Below, one piece after another: positions 1 to 13,094 of a DNA stretch of 64,000 bases; position 1 is the stretch's first letter; each line of letters begins with the position of its first letter. The stretch is taken from assembly GCF_963921235.1 (NCBI RefSeq), contig NC_086108.1, positions 9,300,001-9,364,000 of the forward strand, written 5' to 3'. Source of the DNA: Mobula hypostoma. Lineage: Eukaryota. The notes beneath the pieces are model-generated. The model had not been told where the DNA came from. It was given only the letters and a program-made list of their open reading frames with translations, and made no database searches. The position numbers and the translations under genes are program-made.

Positions 1-253
1 AGAACCCTCTGCATCTCAGAAATTTACCACTTCCCCCATTTCGACTGTGTGGTCTATCGTTTCGTCCTCCAAGATGGACATTTTCACACTTAATATTTTA
101 CCTTGCTGGAGTATCTTCAACTGTGAATCAGAGTCTCAGAACATTTAGAACATTGAATAGTAATGCAAAGGAACAAGTCCTTTGGCTGTACCAAACTAAT
201 TAAATTATTAATGAACTGCCCGACTAAACCAATCCCTTCTGCCTACATAATGT

Positions 254-1012
254 CAGAATCAGGTTTATTATTACCAGCATGTGTTGTGAAATTTGTTAAC
301 AACAGCTGCAGTTCAATGCAGAACATTCATATAGAAGAAGAAGGAAAAAAATAATAAGTAAATAAATAAATCAATTACAATATAAGTATATTGAATAGAT
401 TAAAAATTTGTACAAAAAACAAATAATATAAAATAGTGAGGTAGTGTTCACGGGTTCAATGTCCATCTAGGAATTGGATTGGATGGCCGAGGGGAAGAAG
501 CTGTTCCTTCAGGCTTCTGTACCTCCTACCTGATGGTAACAGTGAGAAAAGGGCATGGCCTGGGTGCTGGAGGTCCTTAATAATGGACGCTGCCTTTCTG
601 AGACACTGCTCCTTGAAGATGTCCTGGGTACTTTGTAGGCGAGTACCCAAGATGGAGCTGACTGAATTTACAACCCTCTGCAGTTTCTTTTGGTCCCGTT
701 CCCTCCCCCACCCCCATACCAGATAGTGATGCAGCCTGTCAGAATGTTCCCCACGATACATCTATAGAAGTTTTTGAGTGTATTTGTTGACATACCAAAT
801 CTCTTCAAACTCCTAATGAAGTATAGTCGCTGCATTGCGCTGTTTGCTTTATAACTACATCAATATGTTGGGACCAGGTTAGGTCCTCAGAGATCTTGAA
901 ACTGCTCATTCTCTCCACTTCTGATCCCTCTGTGAAGATTGGTATTTGTTTCTTCGTCTTACTCTTCCTGAAGTCCGCAATCAACTCTTTCGTCTTACTG
1001 ATGTTGAGTGCA
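254..1012 (-). mobile_element. Rex1/Babar-type LINE 3' fragment
   Basis: Minus ORF 456-761 contains KAASIIKD..HPGHALFSLLPSGRRYRS, a typical C-terminus, followed by a 3' tail ending in (ATTCTG). Confidence 0.75.
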
Positions 1013-1137
1013 ATGTCCCTATCCTTCCATTTCCTACCTATCTGAGAACTGATTGAATACCTGTATCATATATGCCTTCACTACTACCCCAAGCAGTGTA
1101 TTCTAGACACCCAGAAATCTGTGTTAAAAAAACTTGA

Positions 1138-1485
1138 ACCAATTCCTACCCCCTACTTCCTCTATTCACCACTCTGAGCTTTTACTTCTCACCTGCCTAT
1201 CACTTCCCCTTGGGTCCCCTCATCCTTCCCTTTCTGCCATGGTCCACTCTCCTCTCCTATCAGATTCCTCCTTCAGCTTTCCCACCTATCACCTTCCAGC
1301 TAGCCTCCTTCCCCTCCCCCCCACCGTTTATTCTGGCACTTTTCCCCCTTCCTGAGGAAGGGTCTTGGCCCAGAGCTTTGACTGTTTATTCATTTCCATA
1401 GATGCTGCCTGACCTACTGAGTTCCTCCAGCATTTTGTGTGTGTTGCTCTGGATTTCCAGAATCTGCAGACTTTCTCGTGTTCAG
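1138..1485 (+). mobile_element. Penelope-like element 3' end / pseudo-LTR fragment, decayed
   Basis: Similar to the 3' end of the PLE at 48918-50106 (cctgaggaagggtcttggccc...gatgctgcctgacc...ccagaatctgcaga). Confidence 0.65.
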
Positions 1486-1987
1486 CTTTGAATTTACCCC
1501 ATCTCACTTTAAATGCACACTCTCTGGTATTAGGCATTTCAACTCTGGGAAAAAGATATTGGCTGTCTATCTCTGCCTCTCATAATCTTATAAACCTCTA
1601 TCAGATGTTCCCCCAGCCTCTGCTGCTCCTAAGGGAAAAAAATCCAAGTTCACACAGCACATGCCCCCTAATCCAGGCAGCATCTTGGTAAGCCTCTTTT
1701 GCACCCTCTCCAAAGCCTTGACATCCTTCCTATAATGTGGCAACCAGAACTATATGCAATGCTCCAGACGTAGCCTAACTTGAGTTTCATAAAACTGCAA
1801 AGTGACTTCTGGACTCTTGATCTCTTGAACTTAACTCCTGGACTAGGCAAGCATGCCATACACGTCCTTGACCATCCAAGTAACTTGTGTAGCCACTTTC
1901 AGGGAGCTGTGAAGTCCACACACAGCTTGTGTTCAGCTACATGAGTTTTGCTTGGTTAAAATTGAATTAACCTGGACATCCTCCATG

Positions 1988-2330
1988 TGGGTGGCAGGGT
2001 GGAGATATATCTCTACCAAAGGAGGTGTAATGCGCTCCTTCCCTTCACTAGCCTTGGGCAAAGCACCCCTTCCCCGATCAGGGTCACATGAAGCCATTGG
2101 AGCAGGTGGTGGATGGTCGTATGAGCAGGTGGTGCATATCACAAATCCTAGTTACACGTCCACTGACACCAATGAGACAACATCTGAAGAGTATTGATAA
2201 TGGCTGGGGTCACCCATCTTGCAAAGACACTGCCCCAGAAGAAGGCAATGGCGAACTACTTCTGTAGAAAAAATCACAGTCATGGAGAGACCTTGATAAC
2301 CCATGCCATACGACACAGTATATGGCAAAT
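1988..2330 (+). mobile_element. Non-autonomous SINE-like repeat with RTE/Sauria-like 3' tail (copy 1 of 4)
   Basis: Homologous to 17294-17672, 28290-28735 and 62030-62445. Contains the motif gaagaaggcaatggc..accact. Confidence 0.65.
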
Positions 2331-2879
2331 GACCATTCTCCATAACACCAGAAGATAGTGGAGAAAATTAGACATGGTCCTTCCCCAATGCAAAAAATTG
2401 CTTACACTTAAAGGAGGTGAAGCTGATAAGTTGCTGTTATTGGTAAGCATTTATCAATGAATCATGTCCTTTAGTTTTTTTAAAAATACTAATTTTAAGT
2501 TACTCAACCAAAGGCTGATACTCTGGAATGTCAGTAAAAAGGATACTGATTGAATTCCCGACAGGTAAGAATCATAGCACAGAAACAGGCCCTTCAGCCC
2601 ACCTAGTTCATGCTGAACCATTTAAACTGCCTACTCCCACCAACCTGCACCTGGACCAGAGCCATTCATACCCCTATCATCCATGTCCCTATCCAAACTT
2701 CTCTTAAACATTGAAATCGAGCTCACATCCACCACTTGCGCTGGCAGCTCGTTCCACACTCTCACCACCCTCTGAATGAAGAAGTTTCTAGTCATGCTCC
2801 CTTAAATTTTTCACCTTTCACACTTAATCCATGACCTCTAGTTGTAGCCCCACCCAACCTCAGTTGAAAAAGTTTGATT

Positions 2880-3392
2880 GCACTGATGCTGAGATGCATC
2901 CTAGAAGGCACTGGGACAAATCATTAATGGTGCAACCTGGGGTTGTAGGGTGTTTCGGGTCTTTCAACATCAGACAATCTTGCCCAGGCAACCTAGTCAG
3001 GATTGATCAGGTCCCGGCTTGTGTCCCAGCAGCACTGGTCCATTGGTCGCACCTCTTGATCCATGTGATGGTCTGGTGGCACTTTTCTTTGCAGCCCCCA
3101 TGCTATCGAGGAGAGAGTAGATTATGCAGAGTGAGCAGCCAGAAGAATCTCTATACCCACCTCTGAAGGCTCACATTGTGCCCTCCCCCATCTCTGGCAC
3201 TGCTTTAGCGGCTCCTGGCATTTGGCTTTCTTATGGTCAGTTTTCCCAAGGAACTGTCAATTCTACCGTGACCACCTACTTCGAGGTTTCTGACAGAATG
3301 ACCACGTTAGGCCTCAGGGATGGCAATGTAATGGTCAGGGAACCTTAATTGCTTGCCAAATTTGACTTTCAGTCGCCAGTCAAATGCCGTAT
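2880..3392 (-). mobile_element. HERO/NeSL-type non-LTR retrotransposon 3' fragment (restriction-like endonuclease domain)
   Basis: Manual minus-strand translation gives DWRLKV..GKQLRFP...SLRPNVVILSE...VELTVPWE...CEPSEVGYR, the RPD...ELTVPWE...EVG RLE signature, with stops and frameshifts. Confidence 0.7.
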
Positions 3393-3409
3393 ACAGTATT
3401 GTTACAGAA

Positions 3410-3895
3410 TCTCACACAAGAGTACCTACAGTTCTGGTCGCCCCACTATAGGAAGGGTGCAGAAGAGATTTAACATGATGCTGCCTGATTAGAGGGCATG
3501 TGCTATCGTGAGAGGCTGGATAAACTTGGGTTGTTTTATCTGGAGTGACAGAGGCTGAGGGGAGATCTGATGGAGATTTGTATGATTATGAGAGGCAGAG
3601 ATAGAGTAGACAGGGAGTGTCTTTTTCCTGGGGTAGAAAAGTCTAATACCAGAGGGCGTGCATTGAAGGTGAGGCGGGGGGCGGTAGGTTTAAGGGGGTT
3701 GTGAGGGGTAAGTTTTTTTTTACTCAGAGAGTGGTGGATGCCCAGAAAGTTTGCTTGGTATGGTGGTAGCGCAAATACATTAGAGGCTTTTAAGAAATGT
3801 TTTGATAGGGGTTCTTTGATTTACATTTTAGCTGGTTAGGCACAGCATTGTGGGCTGAAGGGTCTGTTCCTGTGCTGTACTATTCTGTGTTCTAT
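3410..3895 (+). mobile_element. CR1 LINE 3' fragment
   Basis: cagttctggtcgccccactataggaag...gggctgaagggtctgttcctgtgctgtac matches the CR1 3' ends elsewhere in the window. Confidence 0.75.
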
Positions 3896-4349
3896 TAGTG
3901 CACCACTTGGACTTGTACCTAATTCTGAATTTAAGAGCAGTGCCAACCCCACCTCCTAATTGCTTTAAGCCTATTTCAGGTAGAATTCTATGACTATGGT
4001 CACTTATTGGGGAGATATGGAAATTAAATCAAAAAGAGAATGGGTGACTGGCAGCTTTTACCGAAGATGAGTTAGCTGTGGTATTTCTCATTGTCAGGAT
4101 GAGCTTGGAGAATGCTTACTTCCTTACTTACTGCCCATTGCACTGCTAACATATAGGGCAGCAGTGAACCCCAGCTCTGGTGGTGTTCAGGGCTTCTTTC
4201 ATCATGAAGTAGCTTCCTCTCAGTTTTCACTACTGTCAGTCATGCAAGTCCCGGGTGGAGACTCAGGAATACTGTCACACTCAGATATAGAAGGATTCTT
4301 CCCTGCTGTTTCCATAACCATTTTATTTTACCAGTCAGGGTTGCTAGAC

Positions 4350-4859
4350 GATGCTGAGGATGTTCTACGAGTCTGTGGTGGCCAGTGCTATCATGTTTGC
4401 TGTTGTGTGCTGGGGCAGCAGGCTGAGGGTAGCAGACACCAACAGAATCAACAAACTCATTCGTAAGGCCAGTGATGTTGTAGGGATGGAACTGGACTCT
4501 CTCACGATGGTGTCTGAAAAGAGGATGCTGTCCAAGTTGCATGCCATCTTGGTCAATGTCTCCCATCCAGTACATAATGTACTGGGTGGGCACAGGAGTG
4601 CATTCAGCCAGAGACTCATTCCACCGAGATGCAGCACAGAGCATCATAGGAAGTAATTCCTGCCTGCGGCCATCAAACTTTACAACTCCTCCCTTGGAGG
4701 GTCAGACACCCTGAGCTGATAGGCTGGTCCTGGACTTATTTCATAATTTACATATTACTATTTAACTATTTATGGTTCTATTACTATTTATTATTTATGG
4801 TGCAACTGTAACGAAAACCAGTTTCCCCCGGGATCAATAAAGTATGACTATGACCATGA
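4350..4859 (+). mobile_element. Rex1-type LINE 3' fragment inserted into an older repeat
   Basis: ORF MFYESVVASAIMFAVVCWGS...NKLIRKAS is a Rex1-like C-terminus. 3' (ATGACT)n tail. Flanking direct repeat CTAGAC at 4344-4349 and 4860-4865. Confidence 0.75.
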
Positions 4860-5208
4860 CTAGACCTGAGCTGAACCCTGAAACCTGGAGGACTGATGGA
4901 CCACTCTTGGTCTGGCTTCTATCCTTTGACCTGTTTGACTTGGGTGACCCTACCAAGAGCCGAAGCATGAAGATCTGACTCCAGCCAATATAGCTTTTCT
5001 GGGTCTTTGAGGAATGCAAACCTCCAAACCCTATGATAAGATTGTGGTCCTCTTGGAGGCAAACTGAGAAATTAGAATATATGTATTTGTGATCCCAGCT
5101 GGAAACATGTAGGTTATTTGCATAAAGATAATGGGAATTTTTGTAATTTTTTTTACTTAATGAGTGAAAGAAGCAGTAATTGTGGTAAATATTGTTCTGC
5201 CTCCTTAG

Positions 5209-7084
5209 ATCTGGGCATCTGCTAACACACCAAAAAAATAAACCCTATGTCTGTATGGAGCATGGATGCGATAAAAGCTATTGTGACTCGAGGTCCTTGC
5301 GTCGTCACTATGAAGTCCAGCATGGCTCATACAGTCAGAGGGAGCCCTTTCATAATAACAGCTCAAAAGGGGTGGATTCAGCAGAGAGCTTGCTGTTCCT
5401 GCAGCCCGGCCACACGCAGGCCCTTCAGTGTGACATAGGAGCGGGGCAGAGGCCAGCAGCACAAATCGAATCTTTTCCACAGAGATCCTCTTTGCCAAGC
5501 AGAGAACTGCTGAAACCTCTGATGAGTAGCGTATGCCAGAAAGTGCCAGCTGAAACTGGAGCACCTGAAAGCAGTGTTACATTGCACTATCCCACGCAAA
5601 CCCATGCGGTAGCAAATGTGCTTGCCAGTCCAACTGTATGTTTCTCAGAGAGATCAGACACTGTCAGACAAACCAAATATCGACTGTTGCAGAGAGAGGA
5701 ATCTTCTGGTATAAATTGTAATGCAACCGATCCATATAACAAAGTAAATTCTTCCCATTTTTCTGTACCAAACCCCAATGTATCTTGTTTAGATTCTTAT
5801 GTGATGGACTCAGTAATTCCCAGTAGACCTTCACAGCCTGCGCGATATGCACTAGAGCCGTCAAGACCTGCAAGTTGGCCACAGACGGTGAGCACAGATC
5901 ATACACTCCCAAGGAGTGAAACTGCTTCCAACAGGCAACAAGCAAATCAGGACCTTGTGTGGACCAACAACTTGGCAACCTACAGTGGCAGCAAAGGGAC
6001 TTACTCCTACATCGTTCCCAGCTCCCAACCTTCTGAGGAGGTTTCCACTACTTTTTCAAGTGGAGCTTTGCATAAACTTGACTCGTTTGCCCAGGCCTTC
6101 ACGAGACAGAATTTGGACATTCAGTCCAGTCCTTCCGGAGCAAATACCTCAGGTGAAAATTCATCAGTTTCTGAATTTGATGTTTGTGGAAATGTTCTCA
6201 GACAGATTCTGAGTTATAAAGCAAATTTAAACCAGTGGCAAGCATTTCCTGAGCAGAAATACCAGATAGTGCAAGAGCAATACTCGCTACACCAGCAACA
6301 TCAACAACAGATAGCAACTTCCCTCTTCACGCAAGTCTACATGGGCGATCAGGAGGCCTCCACTGCCCAGAACCAAGACCAGTTTCAAAACCACATGCTG
6401 CAGCTGATCTCAGATTCCCAGTACAATCTATCTGAATCCCAGAATTCGGTAAATCAGTCACAAGTTATAGTTACCCAGTCCCAGCATATGCTTTCTCAGA
6501 AGATCTCACCCCAGATCCAGAATAACTCATCGCCATTGCATCAGCCATCAGAACTAGAGCAAGACTTTCAGCATTCCTTCAGACAGGAAAACACTTCTGT
6601 TTTACAATTTCAAACAACAAATCCTTGCCAACTCTCCAAGAGCATCCTGTCCTGCTATCCACAGCCAGCAGAAAGTACCGATCAGCAGGGGGAAACTGAT
6701 TTGCAGCCTACCTTCAGAGGCATCTCAGAAAGCCACAGGAAGTCCAAGAAGAGCCTGTTCAAGGCACAGAACCCTTCTGAGTCAGTGTGTGAAGAAGAGT
6801 TTGTTCAGAAGCAGTTTCAGTCACAGTCAAAGCAATTAGAGGGTTGGTCATTTCCACTGCACAAGAAAGGCAGAATGTCTAACAAGCATGTGTGTGTAAA
6901 GCATTTCACTCTTACAGGTAAATCCAGTAAGAATGTGTCGGTCTCTCGAAAGGAACGGCAGAAGTTAGATACCAACTGCGCAGCTCCTCCAAGTCAGGTG
7001 GCTATGAATTCCTTCTCTGTCAAGAATTCTATGAGGAGTATGGAACACCATCTGCAAATGGAACATTTTCATGAGAGGGTCCAG
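5209..7084 (+). CDS. znf541: ZNF541-like gene, large internal coding exon (end of one C2H2 finger, next C2H2 finger, long Q/S/P-rich region)
   Basis: Acceptor ctccttag|A at 5208/5209 and donor CAG|gtaatt at 7084/7085, inside the 666-aa ORF. Peptide SGHLLTHQKNKPYVCMEHGCDKSYCDSRSLRRHYEVQHG closely matches the ZNF541 finger as I recall it (GHMLTHQKTKPFVCIEQGCSKSYCDYRSLRRHYEVHHG). PPSQVAMNSFS...RVQ near the exon end also fits. Confidence 0.9.
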
Positions 7085-7099
7085 GTAATTACCTCAATT

Positions 7100-8860
7100 T
7101 GTCATGATAGTGTCATAGAATACTACAGTACAGATACAGACCTTTTGGCTCATCTAGTCTGTGCCAAATGGTTATTCTGCCTAGTCCCGTAAACCTGTAC
7201 CCGGACCATAGCCCTCCATTCCCCTCCCATCTATGTGCTTATCCAAACCTCTGCAATCAAACCCCATCCTTCACGTCCACTGGCAGCTCGTTCCACACTC
7301 TCCCGCCCTCTGAGGGAAGAAGTTCCCCCTCAGGCTTCTTTTAGATATTTCACTTTTCACCCTTATCCTTGACCTCTAATATAGTCATTGTATCCTGTCC
7401 TTTTATCAACCCTCCCCTCATTCCCCTATGCTTCACTGGCACTGAATTAAAATAGTCAAAGACTTGACATCTGTGATTGTGGGGATATCAGGAGGAAGCT
7501 TAGGGGGAGTGTCTGTGTAAGACCAGAAGACATAAGAACAGAATTAGGCCATTCAACCCATCGAGTCTGCTCCACTATTACATCATGACTGAAAAAGAGT
7601 CATAGAGAAGTACAGCACAGAAGCAGGCCCTTCGACTCAAGTCCCTGCCGAAACTACTTAAACTCCTATTCCCATCGACCTGCACCAGAATCATAGCCTT
7701 CCATATCCCTACTGGCTATGTACTTATCCAAACTTGCATGCAGCACTTGTGCTGGAAGCTCGTTCCACATTCTTACAGCCCTCTGAGTGAAGAAGTTTCC
7801 CCTCATTTCCCCTTTTTTCATACTTCCTTTTAATCCCTCTTCTCATTGTTACCGAGCCTGAAGACACACATTCAGCAATTCAGGAGCAGCTTCTTCCCCT
7901 CCACAATCTGATTCTTAAATGGACATTAAACCCATGAACACTTCCTCAATTTTTCTCATATTATTTTCTGTTTTTGTCCTATTATTGATTTAATTATTTA
8001 ATATACCTATACAGTATATACTTTACAGAGTAATTAATTTTACTTTTTTTCCTGTATTATCTTGTATTTCATTGTACTACTGCTGCTGAGTTGACAAATT
8101 TCATGACATACTGTGCCAGTGATATTAAACCTGATTCTGATTCTCCTGCCTTCTCCCTGTAACCTTTGATGCCCTGACTAATCACTCTGCTTTAAATACA
8201 CCCAATGAATGGCCTCCACACCTGTCTGTGGCATTGAGTTCCACAGATTTACCACCCTCTGGCTAAAGATCTTCCTCCTCATCTCTGTTCTAAAGGGACC
8301 TCCTTCTTTTCTGTGTCTGTGCCCTCTGGCGCTAGACTCCCCCACTATAGGAAACATGCTCTCCAACGCTTTATAAAGCTGGAAGCAATTGAAGTTTCCC
8401 GGTATGTGATCAGCAAGGATGTGGGGAAAGCTTTCTAATGTTTGTTGTATAAGTAACTGGAATATAAAGAGACTTTTTTCCTTGGAGTGGACAGTAAGAG
8501 GTGAATTTATAGAGGAGTACAAAGATGATAAGAGGCATAGATCGAGTGGACAGCCAGAGACTTTTTCCCAGGGTGGAACTGGCTGATACAAGGGGGTAAT
8601 TTTAAGGTGATCGGAGGAAAGTTTGGGGGGGAACGTCAGATGTGGGCATTTTTACACAGAGAATGGTGGGTGCATGGAACGCCCTGCTTGGGTGGTGGTA
8701 GAGGCAGGTACATTAGGGACATTAAGAGATTCTTAGGTAAGCACACAGATGTGAGAAATCAAGGGTTATGAAAGAAGGAGCCGTTAGATTGATCTTAGAG
8801 TAGGTTAAAAGGCCAGCACAATATTGTGGACCAAAGGGCCTGTGCTGTAATATGTTCTAA
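7100..8860. mobile_element. Cluster of short CR1 3' ends (both strands) and a Rex-type tail
   Basis: Several CR1 tail motifs; minus ORF 8178-8591 contains RGH...FRTEMRR..FSQRVVNLWNS. Confidence 0.65.
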
Positions 8861-8989
8861 AAGCTGTGAGTGCACACAATATAGAAAAATGTCGTGGGAA
8901 AGCTTTTAAAAACCAACAGAAAGCAACTAAAACAATCATAAAGAGAGGAAAGATGCTAGTGAGGCTCAAAATAGGAAGATCATACAGTT

Positions 8990-11900
8990 TAACACATGGC
9001 TAAGGAGTTGGTGTAGAAGGGAGAGAGTCAGATCCTTTGGATCATTCAGCTCTCTTCCAGGGAAGGTGGAACCTTTACAGAAGAGATGGTTTGCACCTGA
9101 ACTGGAGGGGGACTAATACCCTAGCAGAAAGGTTTGCTAGTGCTACACTGAGGTGGGGGCGGGGAGGATGGGGGTGCTTTCAACTGGAGATGCAGGGGGA
9201 TAGGAAACAGAGTGCTAGAACAGATAATGGAGAGGTTGTGGAGACAAATGTTGACTGCAGACAAAATCAGAAATAAAAAGGTTGAGCATGGTACGACTAA
9301 TGTTCTGAGCTGTGTTTATTTCAATGCAGGAAGTATTGTAGATAAGGCAGGTGAGCTCAGGGCTGGATCAACACTTGGAATTATGATATTGTAGCCATTA
9401 GTCAGACTTAGATGCAGGAGGGGTGGTCTGATAGCTTAATATTTCGGCGTTCCATTGTTTTACATGCGACAGAGCGGAAGGAATTAAAGATGGAACATTG
9501 TTGTACTAGGGAAAATGTCACGGCAGTGCTCTGTCAGAACAGACTGGAGAACTCACAGCAATGCACACAAAATGCTGGAGGAACTCAGCAGGCCAGGCAG
9601 CATCTATGGAAAACAGTACAGTCAACGTTTTGAGCGGAAACCCTTCAGCACGACTCGTCTAGTGAGGCTTTATGGGTGGAAATGAGGAATTAAAAAAAGG
9701 TATGACCACGTTAGTGAGGCTATATTACAAAACACCCAACAGGCCATGGGATTCAGAGGAATAAATCTAGAGACATCACAGACTGTTGCAAGAAACATAA
9801 GGTTTATAGTAGGTGATTTTAACTTTTCACATATTCACATACCCTTAAAGGACTAGATAGGATAGAGTTTGTCAAATGTGTTCAGGAAAGTTTCCTTAAT
9901 CAGGACATAGCAGTCCCAAAGAGAGAGTGTGCAATACTTGATCTGTTATTAGGGAATGAGACAGGGTAGGTGACAGAAGTTAATATAGGGGTACACTTTC
10001 CATCTGATAATCATAATAAGTAAGTATGGAAAAGGATAGGTCTGGTCTGCGGGTTGAGATTCTAAATTGGAGAAAAGCCACTTTTGATAGTATTGGGATC
10101 TGACAAGTGTGATTAGGATAGGCTGTTTTCTGGCAAAGGTGTTCATAGTAAGTGGGATGCCTTCAAGAGTGAAATTTTGAGTTTACAAAGCTTATATGTG
10201 CCTGTCATAATAAAAAGTTAAGATAACAGGCTTAGGAACCTTGGTCTTCAAGAGATGTTGAGGCCCAAGTTATGAAAAAATAGGAGGTGCATAGCAGGCA
10301 TAGGAAGTGGCGGCACATGTAGATGGGGTCATAGGAAAGCTTCTGGCACATTGGCTTCGTAAATCAAAGTATGGAGTACCTGGAGATAGGATGTTATGTC
10401 AAAGTTGTATAAGACATTGGTAAGGCCTTATTTGGAGTATTGTGTGCAGTTTTGGTCACCTATTTACATTGCTGGGACTGGAACACCTGAGCTATAAGGA
10501 AAGATTGAATAGGTTAGAACTTTAATCATTGGAACACAAGATTGAGAGGAGATTTGATAGAGGTATACAAAATAAAGAGGGATATAGATAGGGTAAATAA
10601 AAACAGGCTTTTTCCACTGCGGTTGGGTGGGACCACAGCTTAGAGGTCATGGGTTAAGGGTGAAAGGTGAGAAGTTTAAGGGGGAACACAGAGGAAAATG
10701 TGCTACCAGCACAGGTGGTATATGCAGGCACAAGTCCAATGTTTAAGGGAAGCTTGGATAGGTGCATGAATAGTGGGGGTATGGAGGGCTATGGTCCAGG
10801 GTGCATTTCCATGGGAGTAAGCAGGATAAATGGTTTGGCATGGACTAGATGGGCTGAAGGGCCTGTTTCTGTGCTGTACATTTTATGACTCTATGATATG
10901 AAGGTAAGTTCACCAATAATATAAAAGAGAATACAAAAAGATTTTTCATATACTTTATATAAGGAGTAAAAGAGTGACAAGAGTGAATATTGGACCGCTT
11001 GAAAATGATGTTGGAGAGGTAGTAATGGAAGATAAAGAAACGGTGAATGAACTTAATAAGCGTTTTTGCATCAGTCTTCACTGTGGAAGACAGCAGCAGA
11101 ATGCCAGATATACGAGAGTCTCGGGGCAGAAGTGAGTGTCGTTGCTATTACTACGGAGGTGCTTGGAAGGCTGAAAAGTCTGAAGGTTGATAACTCACCT
11201 GGACCAGATGCTCTGACAGGTAGCTGAAGAGATTGTGGAGGCATTAGTTGTGATCTTTCAAGGATCACTAGATTGTGGCATGGTAACAGAGGACTTTGGT
11301 CGAAAATTTAAAAATGAGAGATACAGAGAATCTGGGTGTCCTTGTGCACAATTCCCTAAAGGTTAACTTGCAGGTTCAGTCAGTGGTAAGGAAGGCAAAT
11401 GTAATGTTAGCATTCACTTCGAAAGGACCAGAATAGAGAAATAAAGCGGTAATGCTAAGTCTTTATAAGACGATGGTGAGGCCTCACTTGGAGTCTTGTG
11501 AGTATGTTTGTACCCTTTATCTAAAACAGGATGTACTGGCATTGTAGAGAGTCCAGAGGAGGTTCATAACAGTGATCCCAAGAATGAAAGGGTTATCGTA
11601 TGAGCTACTGTTGAAGGCTCTGGGCCTGTACACACTGGAATTTAGAAGAATGAGGGGAGTTTTCATTGAAACCTATCGAATATTGAAAGGTCTGGATAAA
11701 GTGGATGTGAAGAGGATGTTTCCTATTGTGGGAGAGTTTTAGGCCAGAGGGCACAGCATCAGAATACAAGGAAGTCCCTTTAGAATGGAGATGAGGAGGA
11801 ATTCCTTTAGCTAGAGGATGGTGAATCTGTGGAATTCATTGCCACAGACAGCTGTGGCAGTCAAATCATTGGGTATATTTAAGGTGGAGGTTGATAGGTT

Positions 11901-12040
11901 CTTGATTAGTTAGGGCGTCAAAGATTACAGGGAGAAGGCAAGAGAATGGGTTGAGAGGGATAATAAGTCATCCATGATGGAATGGCAGAGCAGACTCGAT
12001 GGGACGAATGGCCTGATTCTGCTCCTGAGTGTTATGGTTC
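8990..12040 (+). mobile_element. Two adjacent internally deleted CR1 LINEs (about 8990-10895 and 10897-12040), with a short Penelope pLTR insert near 9553-9655
   Basis: ORF1 end (LYRRDGLHLNWRGTN), ORF2 start (LSCVYFNAGSIVDKA), RT C-terminal pieces and two CR1 tails. Confidence 0.75.
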
Positions 12041-12117
12041 TCTTCGAAGTATTGAACTGTGCTTTTCTGGGTGAAAATATTTGAATGTATTGAACTGAAT
12101 ATGAACTGACTTTTCAG

Positions 12118-12182
12118 GGTGAAGATAGTTACAGCCTTTGCAGCATGCCAGAAGAGGAAGATGGACCTTCATCAGTGCTGTG
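12118..12182 (+). CDS. znf541: ZNF541-like small coding exon (GEDSYSLCSMPEEEDGPSSVL)
   Basis: ctgacttttcag|GGT acceptor and TG|gtatga donor. 65 nt, phase 0 to 2, bridging exactly the flanking exons. Occupies the position of the short GGNIYRL segment of mammalian ZNF541. Not in the ORF track. Confidence 0.72.
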
Positions 12183-13094
12183 GTATGAAACTTTCCTTCA
12201 TACAAGTTCAAGTTCAAGTTTGATTGTCCTTCAACCATATATAGCCAAACAAAACAGCGTTCCTCTTGGGCCAAGGCGAAAACACACTACCAACAGTCAC
12301 ACACAGCACTTATAATTACGATAGCATAAAAGCATACAGTTACAAAAAATACATAACTAATAATGATATAGCTGAGGTTCCTGAGCGTCATGGCCTGTAG
12401 ACCGATGGTGCATGGATGTTGACCTGGAGCCACGTATCTGCAAGAACAAGCCTGCAGCAATTCCTCATCTCGCATAGATGCAGCTGCAGATGAATGCAAT
12501 CCAGCTTGTCTTCCCAGGAGCAAACACTGGAGAGCAGCACCAGTGGAAAGGGCTAGTCCCCAGCCCAGTACGGAATCCAGCAGCACACAGCCAACTCCAG
12601 CATCTCCTTTCCCGGTGGCCACGGCAGGCGATCCTGGGGCATGAGGGCCTCGTCGGAGCTACAACCAAGGCCATGCAGCTCCCCTGCCATGTAAGAATAT
12701 TTTGGGGGATTGTGAACCTGTTGCTGACAATTGATTTGATTTAATAGGGAGCAAAGTGCCTCTACTTTCTTCAAGATTCAAGTTTTGTTTAATGTCCTTT
12801 CCAGTACAAAGGTGAAAAGGAGAACAAAATAATTGTTACTTCAGAATTGTTGCAGCATATGAAAACAGAGACAAAGAACACACTAATAAAAAGTGATAAA
12901 TTTAAATACTTAGGGTAGCTATGTACATTGATTGAATATATGTGTATCAAGTGATGTGTGGCACAGGAGTGTTTGCACATAAGGTAATTGATAAAATAGC
13001 GGAGATGGGGGGTGTGTGGTGGGTTAGGTTAGTGGATGGAGGTGTTGATCTGAAGTTTGCATAGATTTGGCATGTTATCTAAAACTTTGACAAA

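Noticed and set aside
5192..7192. 666-aa ORF as a single-exon gene
   Set aside because: It starts at TTG in the middle of a zinc finger and has clear splice sites at 5209 and 7084; the tail runs into a CR1 fragment.
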